Positions 61,051-64,000 of a stretch of 64,000 bases of DNA are shown one piece after another. Positions within the stretch are counted from its first letter, which is position 1. Every line of letters begins with the position of its first letter. The position numbers and the translations under genes were made by a program. Source of the DNA: Longimicrobiales bacterium (GTDB lineage Bacteria; Gemmatimonadota; Gemmatimonadetes; Longimicrobiales; Gaopeijiaceae). Below the pieces are notes generated by a model. It saw only the letters and a list, made by a program, of their open reading frames with translations. It was not told where the DNA came from and made no database searches. The stretch is taken from contig CBDFMQ010000002.1 in assembly GCA_965249725.1 (NCBI GenBank), forward strand, positions 2,240,001-2,304,000, written 5' to 3'.

Positions 61051-61524
61051 TTGAAAACTCAGACCCAGGCCGCGATCGCCATGCTCTTCCTGGTTCCTGC
61101 GGTCTTGGGAGCTTCACCGGCAGATGCTCAACAGTCGCTGACGTTTGAGCAGGCCAGGATCGCCATGGATGCCGCCGAGGCGCAGGCGCGTGAGAACGGG
61201 TGGCACGTGGCGATCGTTGTCGCCGATACGGAAGGTGTGCCCATCTACGTCAGGCGACTCGACGGTGCGAGCACCCGCGCGTATGGAATTGCCATGGGAA
61301 AGGTTCAGACCGCATTGGCCGCAGGGATGCACACGGGCGATTACGGCGAGGCGCTGGCGGCGGGGCGCGCGGATACGATTCCAAATGGGATCACCTTCGA
61401 GGGCGGGTACCTGATCCGTCTCGGCGGCGAGGTTGTGGGTGCGATGAGCGCGAGTGGTGTGAGAGGCTCGGAGGACGCTCAGGTGGTGCGGGCCGGAATG
61501 GCCGCTATTGGGGCGCACCCGTAG
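61051..61524 (+). CDS. Secreted GlcG/HbpS haem-binding protein
   Basis: IVVADTEG...RLDGA...IAMGK; GAMSASG..EDAQV. Confidence 0.9.
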   Translation: MKTQTQAAIAMLFLVPAVLGASPADAQQSLTFEQARIAMDAAEAQARENGWHVAIVVADTEGVPIYVRRLDGASTRAYGIAMGKVQTALAAGMHTGDYGEALAAGRADTIPNGITFEGGYLIRLGGEVVGAMSASGVRGSEDAQVVRAGMAAIGAHP

Positions 61525-61659
61525 AGAAGGTGTCGAGGAGGTCGCTAGCTCGATGGCGGCTGCGTCGTGACATCTATAGAAGTGCAACGCCGCCCATCTC
61601 GAGACGCCGAATAAGCGTCGCCACCAACACTCGACCGTGCCCTACAGTAGTCATGAAGT

Positions 61660-61850
61660 CCCCCGAGTCCCCTCCCCCACCGACCAGTTCCAGACAGGTA
61701 ACCGGAGGTTTTGGGGCCCCATGTGGGGTCCCGTAGCCCCATTTCCGCCCCTAACTCACCAACACCAAAAAGCCGGAAGCCCAGATCCTTCCTAGACTTC
61801 CGGCGAATGAGCCGGGTGGGTCTCGAACCCACGACCTACGGATTAAAAGT
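61660..61850. repeat. ~190-bp direct repeat copy 2 with tRNA-Lys 3' fragment (61808-61850, minus)
   Basis: Aligns with 53710-53898; the 42-bp tRNA part is identical. Confidence 0.85.
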
Positions 61851-62013
61851 CGATCGCAGCTTATACGCAGAGTGCTCGTGAGGTAGCTTAAGTTGCTGCG
61901 AGTTAGGGTGTTAGGGAGTCTGCTGTTCTCTTGAGCGTTCCCCAGACTCGACCTGTTTCGGGGACTTGGGGTCCCGGTTGGGGTCCCATGCCGGGGTTGT
62001 TCACCACGCACAG

Positions 62014-62045
62014 GACTCGAACTACCGACCTCACGCTTATCAGGC
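62014..62045 (-). pseudogene. tRNA-Ile(GAT) fragment
   Basis: Minus strand GCCTGATAAGCGTGAGGTCGGTAGTTCGAGTC; no D arm or acceptor stem. Confidence 0.65.
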
Positions 62046-62165
62046 TCCTACGGAAGGAGACCCGCTGATAGCCGTTCACGTAGTTGTTACGATCCGCCCT
62101 CTTGGTTACGACGCAATAAATCAGCGTGAGTCATTCCCGAGCCTTCCGCGCTGCCCGTCGGTTCC

Positions 62166-63266
62166 TCAGCACCAGGGCGCCCCTCGAGAGACGATCTCGA
62201 TCACCACACCGTACTCTTCGTATGCACCTGGAGCACCCACCATACGCAGAATCTCCTCGACCTCGGCTCCGTTTCTGTCTCGGAGAATCCGGGGCGAGCC
62301 CATCCAGACCTGTCCATCAACGAAGAGGGTTGCTCGGAGTCCATCCCCATTCGTCCATTCCGGCCGCTCGAGGCGGATGATCTCGTATACGGAAAGGGTC
62401 TCGTCGAGCGCGGCGATGTCCTCCCGCACAATCAGCTCCATCATGACGATCGAGTTCTGGGGCGACGCCCCGGAGGGGACGACCCGACGGCGGCGGCCTC
62501 CTCCCCAAACACTCGGGTTGAGGCTGACACCGACCTGGAATGAGAGGGCAACGTGCTTCCGAGCATAGAGATCGTCGTAAGGCGCCTCGTCGAACTCCGT
62601 CACCATCCTCGTATAGCGGGCGTCGAGGGTAACCCGGGTGGGGCCGAGACCGAACAAGAAGTCCGCCCCGACAGTACCCCCATAGTCATTCCCCTTCGTG
62701 TTTAAGGTCAGCGGGTTGGAGTAGGGAATCGACCCGGGTGCGGGTTCCGTGCGACAACGCAACTCCCCTGTGTCAACTTGGCGAGCGCACATGGTCAAAT
62801 CGCCCCCCACCTTGCGACCTGTTGCCTTTGCTCCAACCCGGAACGAAACCACGGGTCCGGTGAAGAGGCTCAACGAAGGCAACGATTGTTTGGAGGTCAC
62901 GCGCAGCTTGAGGAGCACCGCGAAATCGAGATAATCATAGCGCCATGCGCCATCGATGACGTCACCATCAACGAAATTGGGAAGGTCGAACTCCTGTGCC
63001 CCTCGCTCCGTGTAATACGCCTCGGGCTGCAGCGAGAGCGGGCCTCCGAAATCGATCAGTACAAACGCTCCGAAGTTGTACCCCCGCGACGTCTCGGAAT
63101 CGCCTACATCTGTGCCGTAGAACTTCGACAGGTTGAGGCCACCCTTCAATCCCACTCTGATTGAGGAGTCCTGCGCAAATAAGGGGACACTGATCAGAAA
63201 GCTGCTCAGACTCAACACGATCAAGAGAGACGACCGCCCACTCGGGAATCCGCTAGGGTCGGTCAT
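62166..63266 (-). CDS. Outer-membrane beta-barrel (PorT-like) with C-terminal extension
   Basis: VGLKGGLNLS, LSLQPEAYYTERGA, LDARYT. Confidence 0.8.
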   Translation of the reverse strand: MTDPSGFPSGRSSLLIVLSLSSFLISVPLFAQDSSIRVGLKGGLNLSKFYGTDVGDSETSRGYNFGAFVLIDFGGPLSLQPEAYYTERGAQEFDLPNFVDGDVIDGAWRYDYLDFAVLLKLRVTSKQSLPSLSLFTGPVVSFRVGAKATGRKVGGDLTMCARQVDTGELRCRTEPAPGSIPYSNPLTLNTKGNDYGGTVGADFLFGLGPTRVTLDARYTRMVTEFDEAPYDDLYARKHVALSFQVGVSLNPSVWGGGRRRRVVPSGASPQNSIVMMELIVREDIAALDETLSVYEIIRLERPEWTNGDGLRATLFVDGQVWMGSPRILRDRNGAEVEEILRMVGAPGAYEEYGVVIEIVSRGAPWC

Positions 63267-64000
63267 CTCTGAGTGTAGTCCTTCGTCCAAATGAGGATCG
63301 CGCCGCACGGGCTAACGGGTCCAGCCACCCGTTCGGGCAACCCCGCCTGGCCGGCATATACTTCGATCGCTGCGACGTCCCTGACGTTGAGGCTTTCGTG
63401 CCACCCCGAGCTCTCCTGGCCGCCTCTTTGCTCGATCCGGTTATCGATTGTGACGCTGGGGCGACAAACCGCCTCCGATCGTCGGTTCGAGAGATTCCAT
63501 TCTCTTCCATTCTCTCTCACACTCGTTCGGTTCGAGAGCACATCGACGGCAAACGTGCCGCGCGGTTGAACCACTCTGACCCCACTCATGCCCCAGAGTA
63601 GGTCAGAGAGATCTCGAGGCCTCCTGGTCTCGAGTTCTTCTGGAGTCCGGAATTGACCGGCCCCCATCCGCTGTCGCCTGTAGAAGCCGACTCCAGCCAG
63701 GACGACATTCTGCCCTGCGACGATGGCGTCCAGTGGGTTCAGCTCAACCGGGTCGAGTTGCAGACGAAGCTCTGCCATGACACCCTGTCGCGGCGCGAGC
63801 GCGAAGGCGTCCGAGGTGGAAGGCTCGTAGCCGATCCGCGTAGCGCGGAGCCGGTACAATGCAGCATCAGGCATGCGAGCGACGAACCGCCCGTTCTCGT
63901 CGGTGACATACCAGCCGACGATGCTGTCATCCGTGCCCAGCAAAGCGACCTCGACCGTTCCCATGGGGACGCCGGATTCATCGTCTACCACGGTGCCCCG
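63263..64000 (-). CDS. Carboxypeptidase-regulatory-like plus TonB plug-like protein, 5' end outside window
   Basis: TDENGRF, RIGY, AAIEVYAG, CGAILIWTK. Confidence 0.8.
   Translation of the reverse strand, partial: RGTVVDDESGVPMGTVEVALLGTDDSIVGWYVTDENGRFVARMPDAALYRLRATRIGYEPSTSDAFALAPRQGVMAELRLQLDPVELNPLDAIVAGQNVVLAGVGFYRRQRMGAGQFRTPEELETRRPRDLSDLLWGMSGVRVVQPRGTFAVDVLSNRTSVRENGREWNLSNRRSEAVCRPSVTIDNRIEQRGGQESSGWHESLNVRDVAAIEVYAGQAGLPERVAGPVSPCGAILIWTKDYTQR

Overview
High-GC bacterial window. PadR plus duplicated ABC permeases, DUF885, DUF1028, TPR and TonB-plug proteins suggest a Gemmatimonadota-like genome (inference). 1-12 kb: FG-GAP protein, low-GC methyltransferase, IS remnants and an uncharacterised secreted/outer-membrane cluster. 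12-39 kb: mostly ordinary metabolism and transport, plus a Cys-rich leader peptide before an ATP-grasp ligase and a complete IS110/IS1111 element whose downstream non-coding region matches its own circle junction. 40.6-53.4 kb (main find): an integron-like array of 13 cassette segments separated by 142-149 bp TAAC...GTTA elements of two families and by three 18-bp mini sites with an identical core. Most cassettes carry 14-18 bp G-T-wobbled terminal inverted repeats. The adjacent co-oriented, now broken tyrosine recombinase lacks the IntI-specific insertion. 53.7-62 kb: an island between ~190-bp repeats containing tRNA-Lys 3' fragments, carrying a Cys-tailed MarR regulator and four copies of a candidate operator. 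All calls were made by eye; no database searches or folding runs were done.
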